64,000 nt of DNA from assembly GCA_965205855.1 (NCBI GenBank), contig OZ242184.1, positions 352,001 through 416,000 on the forward strand, written 5' to 3'. Of the stretch, positions 52,107 through 62,577 are shown piece after piece (the first letter of the stretch is position 1; every line of letters starts with the position of its first letter). A program made the translations under genes and the position numbers. Source of the DNA: Thermodesulfobacteriota bacterium (GTDB taxonomy: Bacteria; Desulfobacterota_D; UBA1144; Nemesobacterales; Mycalebacteriaceae). The notes under the pieces are model-generated. The model was not told the origin of the DNA. It searched no databases and was given only the letters and a program-made list of their open reading frames with translations.

Positions 52107-54010
52107 GTCCGAAAAGGGGAGAGAAAAACATCTTTGGTGCAATGCGGGACAGAAAGATGTTGTCCTGGTTGTTCGGTTTTATTAGACGGCGCAGCAGTTT
52201 TCTCGCAGCGTCTTTGGTTTTAATGACCCTCACCGCCAGTCTTGAAATTTCACTGCCTTACATAGCAAGGAGCGCCGTGGACAACTATATCTCGCTTTCG
52301 TGGACTAGGACGCCCGGCGGCGGGGTTGTAAATCTTTCATCACCCGAAGATATGAGAAAATACGCTCCAAGCACCGGTTTGTCCGAAAGGTATCTTGCCG
52401 TTGACACAAGCGAACCGGGTTTGAGTTCATCGGATATTGTGGCGCGCAATCCCGAACTGTTCATACGCAAAAACGGCTCTGCGTATATAAGCGCTGCGGA
52501 TTTGCGGGCTTTGCCAGATGAAGAGATAAAAGCGCTCAGATCCCGCGATACGGCCGGGGTGGCGCGCTTGGCCGTTCTCGCGGCGCTATGTGTTTTCGGC
52601 ATCTTTGCCATGTCTTCTCTTTCCAACTATGTGTTGAAGATTTCCGGCGAGCGGATAATACACGACATAAGAGTGAGCACTTTCAAGCACATACTGTTTC
52701 TGCCGCAGAAATTTTTTGAGGAAAATCCCACGGGCAGAATAACAACGAGGGTTACAAACGACCTGAACTCCATAAATGATATGTATTCATCGGTGATTGT
52801 TCAGACCTTTAAAGACCTTTTTGTGCTCATAGGTGTCTCCGTTGTTATATTCCGTCTTGATTTTACGCTCGCGTTGATAGTGATTTGCGTAGTCGCCGTC
52901 GCAGGTTTTGTCGCCCATCTTTTTCGCGCGCGGCTTAGGTTTTCACACCGCAGAATAAGGCGTTCAATAGCGCGTCTCAACTCTTTTGTTCAGGAAAGTA
53001 TAAAGGGAATCAGGATTATCAGAGACTACGGGAGAGAGCGGCAGAACCTGCGCAGGTTTGAGGAGACAAACAGGGAGAATTTTCTTGCGAATATGGAACA
53101 ACTCTGGGTTTATGTGATTTTCCGGCCTTTTATGGAATACGCTGCCATTGCCTCAATAGGGCTGATAATCTGGTACGGCGGCACGGGGGTCATAGACGGC
53201 AGGCTGACGGCCGGAACATTTATAGCTTTTCTTTACTACACAAGAATGATGTTCAGACCCGTGCTTGAGGTGTCGGAGAAATACAACATTCTCCAGTCCG
53301 CAATAGCCGCGACTGAAAATCTTTATGACATAAATGAGATTGAGCCTGAAAATCCGGGCGGGGTAGTGCCGTCAAAATCGACGGGAGATCTTGAGTTTCA
53401 CAATGTCTGGTTTTCATACGGCGATGGCCGCTGGGTGCTCAAAGATATCTCTTTCAAGGTGTCTGAGAACGAGTGGGTGGCGATAGTGGGGCTCACAGGG
53501 TCGGGGAAATCCACAATTTTCAACCTGATGTTCCGTCTTTACAAACCCCAGAGAGGAAAAATAACATTTGGCGGCGAAGATATCTCGCGTATGCGGCTCA
53601 AGTGGCTTAGGGCGCGGATTGCTCCGGTATTTCAGGAAAGAAAAGACTACGAAAAGGAAGACAGCAATGAAACGGTTTTTCTGTCTTCGGGCGAAGAACA
53701 AATTAAAGACATTGAGGAAGTTATGTCTGCAGACCCCGCGATAGTTATTATGGACGAGGCGACATCCAACATGGATGCGAAAACCGAGGCGGAAGCTCTG
53801 GGCAAGGTAAGGGAATACTCGCGACGCAGGGGATGCGGCCTTGTAACCATAGCGCACAGACTTTCAAGCATAAGGGAGGCGGACAGGATTGTTGTCGTTC
53901 ACAAGGGCGAAATCGTCGAGACCGGAACGCATGAAGAGCTTGACCGTATGCGCGGAACCTACCACTCTCTCAACAAATTTGCCGCCGCCGTGCCACCGGT
54001 GGCGGATTAA
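52103..54010 (+). CDS. ABC exporter half-transporter (TMD+NBD) with extracytoplasmic insertion and shortened NBD
   Basis: GLTGSGKST, MDEATS and IAHRLS motifs; ATGA overlap with the partner at 52103-52106. Confidence 0.9.
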   Translation: MSPKRGEKNIFGAMRDRKMLSWLFGFIRRRSSFLAASLVLMTLTASLEISLPYIARSAVDNYISLSWTRTPGGGVVNLSSPEDMRKYAPSTGLSERYLAVDTSEPGLSSSDIVARNPELFIRKNGSAYISAADLRALPDEEIKALRSRDTAGVARLAVLAALCVFGIFAMSSLSNYVLKISGERIIHDIRVSTFKHILFLPQKFFEENPTGRITTRVTNDLNSINDMYSSVIVQTFKDLFVLIGVSVVIFRLDFTLALIVICVVAVAGFVAHLFRARLRFSHRRIRRSIARLNSFVQESIKGIRIIRDYGRERQNLRRFEETNRENFLANMEQLWVYVIFRPFMEYAAIASIGLIIWYGGTGVIDGRLTAGTFIAFLYYTRMMFRPVLEVSEKYNILQSAIAATENLYDINEIEPENPGGVVPSKSTGDLEFHNVWFSYGDGRWVLKDISFKVSENEWVAIVGLTGSGKSTIFNLMFRLYKPQRGKITFGGEDISRMRLKWLRARIAPVFQERKDYEKEDSNETVFLSSGEEQIKDIEEVMSADPAIVIMDEATSNMDAKTEAEALGKVREYSRRRGCGLVTIAHRLSSIREADRIVVVHKGEIVETGTHEELDRMRGTYHSLNKFAAAVPPVAD

Positions 54011-54777
54011 AAGACTTCAAACAGTTTCAGCGCGGCGATGGCTATCGCAAACGCTATGAAGTAACGCGCGGCGGCGACTCCTTTTTTTACCGAAATCTTT
54101 GCCGCCCACCACCCGCCGACCATTGTTCCCGCGGCGAGGTTGAGTCCTTTCAAAACATCAACATCACCTGAAATAAAAAAGACCCCAAGCACGGGGATTG
54201 TGTAAATCATCACGATAAATATTTTATGGAAGTTCACCGAAGCGATATTTCCCCCAATCGTGTGAAACAGAAGAGCCATGATTGCAAGCCCGATTCCCAC
54301 CTGTATAAAACCGCCGTAGAAACTTATGACGACAAGACCCGGATACAACACCCACTTGTGCCGGGCTGTCACTCTCTCTGCGGAGAATTTTGGAAGCGGC
54401 AGGAACATTGACACCGCAACGGCTATAATAACCACCGCGACTATTTTTTTGAAAAGGATGTTGTCAACCGCAGTTGCGGTAAAGGCCCCGGCTATCGCGC
54501 CGGGCAGCATCAAAAGCGAATACTTTAGAGAAACTGCCACGTTCCCGGTGTGCTCGCGTGAAAAAGAAGCGCAAGCCGAGACGTTTTGAAGAAGTATGGA
54601 AAGACGGTTTGTCCCGTTCGCCTCGGTACCGTCCAGACCGAGGAATATAAGAACCGGCAAGGTAAGCGACGAGCCGCCTCCCGCCATCACATTTAACATT
54701 CCGGCGGCAAGACCCACCAAAAACAGCAAAGCCGGGGAAAAAACCAAACTGGCAAAGTCCGCCGCCGGGTCAGGCAT
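54007..54777 (-). CDS. Sulfite exporter TauE/SafE family membrane protein
   Basis: AGMLNVMAGGGSSLTLP, ANGTN and FYGGFIQVG motifs; highly hydrophobic. Confidence 0.9.
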   Translation of the reverse strand: MPDPAADFASLVFSPALLFLVGLAAGMLNVMAGGGSSLTLPVLIFLGLDGTEANGTNRLSILLQNVSACASFSREHTGNVAVSLKYSLLMLPGAIAGAFTATAVDNILFKKIVAVVIIAVAVSMFLPLPKFSAERVTARHKWVLYPGLVVISFYGGFIQVGIGLAIMALLFHTIGGNIASVNFHKIFIVMIYTIPVLGVFFISGDVDVLKGLNLAAGTMVGGWWAAKISVKKGVAAARYFIAFAIAIAALKLFEVF

Positions 54778-55505
54778 TATTCGGCCCTGAGATGCTCCAT
54801 GCCTTCGGATGTTGAAACCAGAATGTCGGTTGTGGTTGTGAGAAACAACCCGTGTTCAACAATTCCGGCTCTCCACACAAGCGATTCGGCTATGATTTGA
54901 GGGTCGTAAATGGGGCCGAAATCACAGTCCAGCACGTTGTTGTTCTGGTCTGTTTTGAAGACTCTGCCCTCTTTGTTCCTTCTGATATCAATTGAAACGG
55001 CTCCGAGTGAGAATATAAACCTCCGAGCGGGGGTGACGGAAAAGGGAACCACCTCAACGGGAACCCTGCAACGGGTTCCCAGTTTCTCAGACACCTTACC
55101 GCCGTCAATAACTATTATGTTTCTTGAGCTCTCTTGTGCTACGATTTTCTCCCGCAACATTGCTCCCCCGCCGCCTTTTATGACCTTGAGGTCGCGGTTA
55201 ACCTCGTCCGCGCCGTCTATTGTTATATCTATCGCCGAGCTTTGGGAGAATTTGCCGATTTTCAGACCGAGAGATTTTGCGAGATTTGCCGTTTTTATGG
55301 AGCTTGGTATGCAGACGATATTTTCAATCAGTTCGGAGTTGACCCTTGAGGCGAGCTCTTCAATTGCGAAGCCAGCGGCCCTTCCCGTGCCGAGACCGAC
55401 CACCATGCCGGATGAAACAAAATCAACCGCCATTGAAGCGGCCTTGCGGACAATATCCGACAATTCCGCCCGTTCCTGATGTTTCTGCTCTTTGTGAATT
55501 GCCAT
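54777..55505 (-). CDS. rpiA: Ribose-5-phosphate isomerase A
   Basis: GLGTG, IDGADE, KGGGGA and VEHGLF motifs. Confidence 0.96.
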   Translation of the reverse strand: MAIHKEQKHQERAELSDIVRKAASMAVDFVSSGMVVGLGTGRAAGFAIEELASRVNSELIENIVCIPSSIKTANLAKSLGLKIGKFSQSSAIDITIDGADEVNRDLKVIKGGGGAMLREKIVAQESSRNIIVIDGGKVSEKLGTRCRVPVEVVPFSVTPARRFIFSLGAVSIDIRRNKEGRVFKTDQNNNVLDCDFGPIYDPQIIAESLVWRAGIVEHGLFLTTTTDILVSTSEGMEHLRAE

Positions 55506-55562
55506 TGGAACGAAACTAACCTTACTATACTTAAGGTGTTAATCTGTCTCAAATAAACTCTG

Positions 55563-57293
55563 TCAAGCGGTTTTGGTAATTCCAAGTAGCTCTGAAACAC
55601 TCAAGATTCCATCGCAAGCGTCCGAAAGAAACCTTATCTGGACGACTTTTCTTCCCTTGCTCTCAAGGGCTTTCATATCTCCGAGCGCCTGGGCGTCTTT
55701 GAGAATTTCAAACGACAAACGACCATTCCCTTGCGGCTGTGATGGAATCTCCATATCTCTGCCGGACTTGCCTAACAATTGTATGAACAGTCCTCCATCT
55801 GAGCCCCCTTTGTGCAACTGTCCAGAGGAGTGAAGATGAGCGGGACTGAAATCGGCTGTCGTGGTAATTCCCAAAGTTTCCGAAAGCCCGTAGCGGAACA
55901 ATTCAACCGCATTGCGCAATTTCCGGTCTGAGCCGTCAAGGAAAGCTTGGATGCAAAAGTATCCTTTTTCCTTTCTTTCCATGGCACATTTCTCCAGATA
56001 CGGGAGCAACCGTCCGGAACCAGTCACCGGATCGGACATTCTGAACTCAATATTCCCATGCTTGAAGTCGGGAACCGAAAACGACAGCTTTTTTTTCTTC
56101 TCATAAATTTTTATAAGATTTTGAGTCTGGGATTTTGTATTTTCAACATCGGGCTGGTCAAACGGGTTGATGTTCCACAAAGCTCCCAGAATGGCGACCG
56201 CCATTTCCAATCTGAAAAATTCTCCGCCAATCCCATATTCGTTTTCCAAAGTGATTATGACAATGGGGATTCCCGTCTCCGCCGCATTGCGCGCGCGGTC
56301 AATCATTACGGTGTCATTTTTAAGGCATATAAACACCGCGCCCGAAACCTTCCGTGAGGCGGGGAGGTCATGTGCAACCGGAAGAACCCGCCTTCCTTCC
56401 TTTCCGAGACTTTCGCCGATCATCTGCTCGGCAAATCTTTCAAAACCCGCTATCGCCTCCGAACAGATTATATGGAACGCGCCGTTTCCCTTTTTGCAAA
56501 AAATATCAATTGCTATCGCGAGCCGCAAAGCGGTGTTGCAGTCCGCGCCGGAGGTTTTTGTTCCCCGAGACCTTTGAGCCATGTCCCGTGCGCTTCGGAG
56601 TATTTTCCCCGTGTCCGCGCCAATGACAGCCGCCGGGACCATACCGAAAACCGAAAGCGGAGAAAAACGACCGCCGACCGTTTTGTCTCCTGCAAACACA
56701 GCGGCAAACCCTTTGCTTTTCGCGCTTTCAAACATGGGAGTTCCGGGATCGGTTATCACCGCAAATTTCCCCGCCGCTTTTGCCGCTCCAAGACTTTGCG
56801 AGCATCGTTCAAAAAAGAAATCAGCCACCGACACGGTTTCAATTGTCCGCCCCGATTTTGACGAAACGATAAAAAATGTTTCATTGAAGTCAATGCCGGA
56901 AACAACCGCCGCGATTGTGTCCCCTACGGTTGTGTCGACAACCGTTACGCATACTTCATCTGCGGGAGCGAAAGTTTTTGCAAAAACCTTTGAGGCAAGC
57001 ACCGAACCGCCCATGCCCGTAAGAACAAAACGTCGAATCCCCGCCCGGCGGCAACTTCGGGCGAACCGCTCAATTTCCTCAACCGACCGCGTCGTGTTTT
57101 CGGGAAGAGAAAGCCATCCGAGCCGGTTGCGAATGGCATCCACTTCGCCTTTCCAAACTGAGCAGTCACGTTTCCATATCGCCTTTACTATGTCGCCGAG
57201 AGCGGGATTTTGCAGGGATTTTTCAACTTTTTCCGTGTCCGCGCCGAGAATCTCAAAATAGTCGTCCGCAACTCCTGCGATTTTATCTTTCAT
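55563..57293 (-). CDS. pgi: Glucose-6-phosphate isomerase-like protein (resembles the PGI part of Tal-Pgi fusions)
   Basis: RLGWL, GMGGS, SSKSG.T.ET, GGRFS, ESLGK, NPFDQPDVE and HSSGQLHKGG motifs. Confidence 0.82.
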   Translation of the reverse strand: MKDKIAGVADDYFEILGADTEKVEKSLQNPALGDIVKAIWKRDCSVWKGEVDAIRNRLGWLSLPENTTRSVEEIERFARSCRRAGIRRFVLTGMGGSVLASKVFAKTFAPADEVCVTVVDTTVGDTIAAVVSGIDFNETFFIVSSKSGRTIETVSVADFFFERCSQSLGAAKAAGKFAVITDPGTPMFESAKSKGFAAVFAGDKTVGGRFSPLSVFGMVPAAVIGADTGKILRSARDMAQRSRGTKTSGADCNTALRLAIAIDIFCKKGNGAFHIICSEAIAGFERFAEQMIGESLGKEGRRVLPVAHDLPASRKVSGAVFICLKNDTVMIDRARNAAETGIPIVIITLENEYGIGGEFFRLEMAVAILGALWNINPFDQPDVENTKSQTQNLIKIYEKKKKLSFSVPDFKHGNIEFRMSDPVTGSGRLLPYLEKCAMERKEKGYFCIQAFLDGSDRKLRNAVELFRYGLSETLGITTTADFSPAHLHSSGQLHKGGSDGGLFIQLLGKSGRDMEIPSQPQGNGRLSFEILKDAQALGDMKALESKGRKVVQIRFLSDACDGILSVSELLGITKTA

Positions 57294-59284
57294 TATTTCC
57301 CGACGAGTTTTTTTGCAATGGAGAAAATGTTTTTTCCATCAAATCCGAATTCCTTCATTGCATCCGCGCTCGGAGCGGACACTCCGAATCTGTCAACTCC
57401 CAGAGAAAGCGATTCCTCTCCGCCGCCCGTGTATCTTTCCCACCCGAGAGTTGAAGCTGCTTCAACGGACAGACGTTTTTTTACATTTGGTGGGAGCACA
57501 AAGTCTTTGTATTCAACCGGTTGACGGTCAAATATTTCCCAGCTTGGCATGCTGACAACTCTTGAAATTATTCCCTTCTCGGCGAGCATTTTATGAGCTT
57601 CAATGCACGGATAAACCTCCGAGCCGGTGGCAATGATTATGATTTCCGGCTCCCCTCCGCCATCCGCCGCCACATATGCGCCGAGCCGAGCTCCTTTGCC
57701 CGTGTCATGTGTTTCAAGAGTGGTAACGTTCTGCCGTGTCAAAACAACCGCGGCGGGTCTGCGCGCTTCAATTATTTCATGCCATAGGGCGGACAACTCG
57801 TTTCCGTCCGCGGGTCTTACAACATCAATTCCCGGAGTTGCCCTGAGAGTTGCGAGATGCTCAATGGGCTGATGTGTGGGGCCGTCTTCACCGACTCCGA
57901 TGCTGTCGTGAGAGAAGATATACACTACCGGTTGCCGCATGAGAGCCGAAAGCCGCAACGCGGGTTTCATGTAGTCCGAGAAGACAAAATAGCAGGAAGC
58001 GTAAGGCCGGAGACCGCACAGGGCGAGTCCGTTGCAAAACGCCGCCATTGAATGCTCCCGAACGCCGAAATGGAAATTCCTTCCGCCCCGGTCTCTGGCG
58101 CTAAAATATCCCGCGGATTTTATGTTTGTTTTTGTTGAGTCCGAAACATCCGCCGCGCCGCCGATAAACCATGGGATTTTTCTGCTTATATCTTCCATTA
58201 TTTTGCCGTTGGATACTCTTGTTGCGATATTGCTTCCCGGTTCAAAAGCGGGCAGCCCGTCCGCCCAGCCCTCGGGCAGTGAGCCTTCACTGATAGCCCG
58301 GAACTCCGAAGCCAAATCCGGATATTTCTCCGAGTATTTTTCCAGCTTTGCCTCCCATTCCTCTTCAAGTTTTTTCCCTTTTTCAATTACCGAAAGCCGG
58401 TAGCGTAAAACCTCCTCCGGTGTGTGAAATTCTTCTGTTGTTCCAAGCCCGTAGGATTTTTTTGCCAAATTCGCCTCTTCCTTTCCAAGAGGGGCACCGT
58501 GGGCTTCTGGGGTGTTTTCCTTGCCGGGGCTTCCAAAGCCAATTCTGCTTTTTACCCTAACAAGCGCCGGGGCGCGGCTTTTTATCGCCTGCGTGTACGC
58601 GCTTTCCAGAGCTGAGAGTTCGTTTGCGTCCTCCACATGAAAAATATCCCATCCGTATGAAGCAAATCTTTCCGGCACATTTTCGGAGAATGAAATGTCG
58701 GTTCCCCCATCAATTGTTATACGGTTGTCGTCGTATATCCATACAAGGTTGCAAAGGTTGAGATGCGCGGCAAGCGAAGCTGCCTCCGAAGTAACACCTT
58801 CCATCATATCTCCGTCACTCAGTATGGAAAAGACGTTGAATCCCGCCAAATCAAAACCGGGTTTGTCAAAGCGGTTTGAAAGCCATTTCCCGGCGGATGC
58901 CATTCCCACCGAGGTGGCGGCGCCCTGTCCGAGTGGCCCGGTGGTTGTTTCAATTCCGCCCGTGAGTCCGTATTCCGGATGTCCGGCGCATTTACCGCCG
59001 AGCCGCCTGAAGTTTTTTATGTCTTCAATTGAGATTTCGTAGCCCGATATGTGAAGAATTGAGTACAAAAGCATTGAGGCGTGGCCAGCAGAGAGCACAA
59101 AACGGTCGCGCGCGTGCCAAGAGGGATTTGCCGGGTTGTGTCTGATAAATTCATCCCAAAGTTTAAACGCGACCGGCGCGAGAGCCATTGGCGTGCCGGG
59201 ATGGCCGGACTGCGCTTTTTCAACGGCGTCTATTGAAAGACTCCTTATACAATTGACAATGTTTATTGATAAATCTGTTTCCAT
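57293..59284 (-). CDS. tkt: Transketolase
   Basis: SGHPG, RDRFVLSAGH, GPLGQG, SDGDMMEG and GEDGPTHQP motifs. Confidence 0.97.
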   Translation of the reverse strand: METDLSINIVNCIRSLSIDAVEKAQSGHPGTPMALAPVAFKLWDEFIRHNPANPSWHARDRFVLSAGHASMLLYSILHISGYEISIEDIKNFRRLGGKCAGHPEYGLTGGIETTTGPLGQGAATSVGMASAGKWLSNRFDKPGFDLAGFNVFSILSDGDMMEGVTSEAASLAAHLNLCNLVWIYDDNRITIDGGTDISFSENVPERFASYGWDIFHVEDANELSALESAYTQAIKSRAPALVRVKSRIGFGSPGKENTPEAHGAPLGKEEANLAKKSYGLGTTEEFHTPEEVLRYRLSVIEKGKKLEEEWEAKLEKYSEKYPDLASEFRAISEGSLPEGWADGLPAFEPGSNIATRVSNGKIMEDISRKIPWFIGGAADVSDSTKTNIKSAGYFSARDRGGRNFHFGVREHSMAAFCNGLALCGLRPYASCYFVFSDYMKPALRLSALMRQPVVYIFSHDSIGVGEDGPTHQPIEHLATLRATPGIDVVRPADGNELSALWHEIIEARRPAAVVLTRQNVTTLETHDTGKGARLGAYVAADGGGEPEIIIIATGSEVYPCIEAHKMLAEKGIISRVVSMPSWEIFDRQPVEYKDFVLPPNVKKRLSVEAASTLGWERYTGGGEESLSLGVDRFGVSAPSADAMKEFGFDGKNIFSIAKKLVGK

Positions 59285-59424
59285 TTCTATCCTCGAACAG
59301 ACTTGGAAGCATATATCAAATCGTGTATTTTGCACTACCGGATGACACCGAGTAATTTTTCTCTGCTTTCTTTTTGTTGCGTTACGGTTAAATTTGGTTT
59401 CCAGATTGGAAAACGGAGGTTTTT

Positions 59425-60867
59425 ATGGGTGAAATTTTAAATTCCGCTGATAAAGAGTATGTTTTCGAGTGGCCGGCTTTTCCTAAGGAACAGGCTGAGA
59501 GTGAGCTCAACATATCGGAAGTTGCTATGAGAGAAGGGGCGGATGGATTTCCCGAATCCGATTCCACTTTCCTGTCAATAACGGAAAATGAGATAGTGGG
59601 ACGGATAAGGCGGTTTTATATTGCCACCCTTGACAGGGTTTCACAGGAGTTTCTGCGGTTTGGCGAAGAGACGGCAAATATAAAGATTTTTCTGGAACGG
59701 TTTGATATAGGTCAGATGCCCTTTGATTTGAAGGCAAAGGTTGAGAGCGAGCTTACAGAGGCAAGAGTGATAATGAACCCGCTTGTCCGGAACGCGAAAG
59801 TTGCCTTGAATGATCTGGAGATTTTCAAGACGGATAACGGACTGACAAGGGAGCCTATCTATTCCCTGAACTGGAGGAAGATTTGGGGTCCTTTGCTTTT
59901 GGCGTTTCTGTTCTTTTTCGAGGTCATTCTGAACGGAGCCCTTGTTACCACGGTGGTTGATGGGTTTATCGCCGGAATAGCAGTCTCCGTAACGGTTGCA
60001 ACGCTTAATGTTATTCTTTCTTTTGTTATTGGAAGGATACTTGTCCCCGAGTTGAAGGTAAGCAGAAGCAGTTTCAGAAAGTTTGGCGCGGCTTTGGGAC
60101 TTATCATCCACTCCCTTCTGATTCTTTATGTGAACTTTGTTTTCGGAGTGTTCAGAGGTATTTCCCTGTCGTCGACAAACATTAGATCGTGGGAAGATAT
60201 CGGAGCGGTTGAGGTTATGAGCGCCATTAAACCCTGGGAAAGCATTGCCATGGTCAATGATGTTCCGTCCCTTTTTGTAATTGGTGTCGGAATCGTCTTT
60301 GCACTTATCGCATTGCTTGACGGATATCATTACGATGACAGTTATCCCGGCTATGGAGATGTTCACAGAAATTATGTGGGAGCCACGGAGTCGCTCGAAC
60401 AAACCAAAAAAGATTTCAGCAACAGAATACTGCGCATTACCAAAGATTCGCTTTCACATATGGAAAATGAGCTTTCGGGGTTTGAGAAAAAAATGACCCG
60501 CTGGGAAACCATGATGAACGTAGCTCAGCAACAGTTTGCAATATATGTGAGGTGGGTAAATCAGATAGAGCAGGATGCCAACAAACTTCTCCATGATTAC
60601 AGGTCGGCTAATTTGAAAGGCAGGCACTCAAGCTACACAACGCAAAAAGCTCCCGGATATTTTGAATCAGATTGGAGTTTTTCCGATGATGAGAAAAACC
60701 CTGACAAAAGTTTCTCCCATCTGTCCTTTCTTGTGAATACGGACAAATCCACCTTTGAGAATAAAAGCGCTTTGATACGGCAGGATATTAATTCCACTCG
60801 TGATGAATGCGTTCTTATACTTCGCAAGTTTTTGCAGGAGGTTGATGGAGAGGTTGGCGACAAATAA
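59425..60867 (+). CDS. Uncharacterised ~4-TM membrane protein with N- and C-terminal helical/coiled-coil regions
   Basis: 480-aa ORF after a GGAGG RBS; four hydrophobic stretches; DGYHYDDSYPGYG after the last TM. Confidence 0.8.
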   Translation: MGEILNSADKEYVFEWPAFPKEQAESELNISEVAMREGADGFPESDSTFLSITENEIVGRIRRFYIATLDRVSQEFLRFGEETANIKIFLERFDIGQMPFDLKAKVESELTEARVIMNPLVRNAKVALNDLEIFKTDNGLTREPIYSLNWRKIWGPLLLAFLFFFEVILNGALVTTVVDGFIAGIAVSVTVATLNVILSFVIGRILVPELKVSRSSFRKFGAALGLIIHSLLILYVNFVFGVFRGISLSSTNIRSWEDIGAVEVMSAIKPWESIAMVNDVPSLFVIGVGIVFALIALLDGYHYDDSYPGYGDVHRNYVGATESLEQTKKDFSNRILRITKDSLSHMENELSGFEKKMTRWETMMNVAQQQFAIYVRWVNQIEQDANKLLHDYRSANLKGRHSSYTTQKAPGYFESDWSFSDDEKNPDKSFSHLSFLVNTDKSTFENKSALIRQDINSTRDECVLILRKFLQEVDGEVGDK

Positions 60868-60891
60868 CTTTTTCATAGAAGGTGTTATACA

Positions 60892-61827
60892 GTGAAAAAA
60901 ATTTTTCTATTTATCTCAGTTTTTTTGTGTTTTTCTGTTTTCTCAATCAGTTCCAGTGTGGCGGAGGGTGCCCCCGTTCTGGAAAAGACTGAGAGAGATC
61001 CAAGAACTTTTTGTCCCTACGACAAGGATATCTCAAGTGAGCATCTGCTACTGTTTATTGATGTTACGGATGGGATTTCCGAACAGCAGATAAATCTTAT
61101 AAAAAATGACATTATCACCGATGACCTTCTCGGTGGCGTGAATCTTTACGGGAAAGTTTCTCTTGTTGTTATGGATGGGAACAAGCCTGTTACGAGCCTC
61201 AAGCCGCAACTTTCCATCTGCCGTCCGAAAAGCGGCAATCTGAAGTCCCCGGATAAAAGGGACCACATAGACTTTCTCACTGAAAACCGTCAGAAGATTG
61301 AACTGGAATATCAGCTTGGATATTTACGCAGGTTCAAGGACAGGTCGATTGAGATAGTCAAAGAGAAAGCGGAAGGGCACAACACCGAGGAAAATACTCC
61401 GATTATGGAAGCCATTCACGAAATATCGCGCTCTTCTGCGGTTGATTTCGGCAAAGAATACGGAGAAAAGAGACTTATCGTTGTTTCAAACATGTATCAC
61501 CATTCAAAGAATCTTCCTCTGAACAAGCTGTGTCTGAAGAAGATTTACAGGACAAACTTCTCGCTATTGAACTACTTCACCATATGGAAGTGCCCGTCTT
61601 TCAAAGACGTGAAAAACAAGCGGGTGAACAAGTTCTATCTGGAAAGAAAGATAAAACCTCAGTTCAAAGGAAATGTGGATGTCAAACTCTGGATGTTGTA
61701 CAAGCAAGAATCTTCATCAAGCATCAGGGACGATTCTCTTTTGACATTCTGGGAAGATTACTTTGATTATGTCGGCGACAGTGTAAACTTTCTTGACCCG
61801 GAGTTTGAATCCGACCCGTCCAGCTAA
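60892..61827 (+). CDS. Uncharacterised exported protein, possible divergent vWA-like fold
   Basis: Signal peptide; LLLFIDVTD, TPIMEAI and RLIVVSNM resemble vWA/MIDAS elements. The fold is inferred. Confidence 0.7.
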   Translation: MKKIFLFISVFLCFSVFSISSSVAEGAPVLEKTERDPRTFCPYDKDISSEHLLLFIDVTDGISEQQINLIKNDIITDDLLGGVNLYGKVSLVVMDGNKPVTSLKPQLSICRPKSGNLKSPDKRDHIDFLTENRQKIELEYQLGYLRRFKDRSIEIVKEKAEGHNTEENTPIMEAIHEISRSSAVDFGKEYGEKRLIVVSNMYHHSKNLPLNKLCLKKIYRTNFSLLNYFTIWKCPSFKDVKNKRVNKFYLERKIKPQFKGNVDVKLWMLYKQESSSSIRDDSLLTFWEDYFDYVGDSVNFLDPEFESDPSS

Positions 61828-61833
61828 CTTCCG

Positions 61834-62577
61834 ATGGGTGGAATTTCAGTTGTCAGTTTGCCAGAACACAAAAAGGCCGCGCTTGTTACCGGAGGCGCTA
61901 AACGTATCGGCAGAGGTGTTTGTCTGCACCTTGCCGATATGGGATATGACATAGCTCTTCACTACTTTGGTTCCCGCGCCGATGCGGAGAAAACCGCCGG
62001 GCTAATTAGGCAAAAAGGTCTTTGTTGCGAGTTGTTCCGCGCGGATCTTTCAAAACCGCATAACGCTGAAAAACTTCTGGAAAGAGCGCACGTGAAATTC
62101 GGCAGTTTTTCCGTTCTTGTCAATAATGCGTCGGTGTTTGAGAAAGCCTCATTCATGGAAGTTACCGAACGGATGTTTGAAGATGATATGGCGGTCAACT
62201 TCAAGGCGCATTTTTTTACCTCTCAGACTTTCGCACGGCTCAACCGCAAGGGGCTTATTGTGAACATAATTGATTCGCGCGTATCAAAGAACCACACCTT
62301 GCATTTCACATATAATCTCAGCAAAAAATGCCTGTATCATTTCACTTTTGCTGCGGCAAAAGCGCTCGCGCCTTCAATCAGAGTTAACGCCATATGCCCG
62401 GGGCCGATTATGAAAGCAGAGGCTGATGACAAGGCGTCTTTCAGAAAAACAGCGCTGGAGACTCCATTGAAAAAAACCGGAGATGTAAAACACATAAACC
62501 TTGCCCTTGAGTATCTTGTAAACAATCCGTTTGTAACCGGTGAAGCGCTTTTTGTTGACGGAGGGCAGCACCTTTGA
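61834..62577 (+). CDS. SDR oxidoreductase, pteridine reductase/FolM-like
   Basis: TGGAKRIG, LVNNAS, YNLSK and RVNAICPG motifs; adjacent to a FolB/FolX-family gene. Confidence 0.88.
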   Translation: MGGISVVSLPEHKKAALVTGGAKRIGRGVCLHLADMGYDIALHYFGSRADAEKTAGLIRQKGLCCELFRADLSKPHNAEKLLERAHVKFGSFSVLVNNASVFEKASFMEVTERMFEDDMAVNFKAHFFTSQTFARLNRKGLIVNIIDSRVSKNHTLHFTYNLSKKCLYHFTFAAAKALAPSIRVNAICPGPIMKAEADDKASFRKTALETPLKKTGDVKHINLALEYLVNNPFVTGEALFVDGGQHL

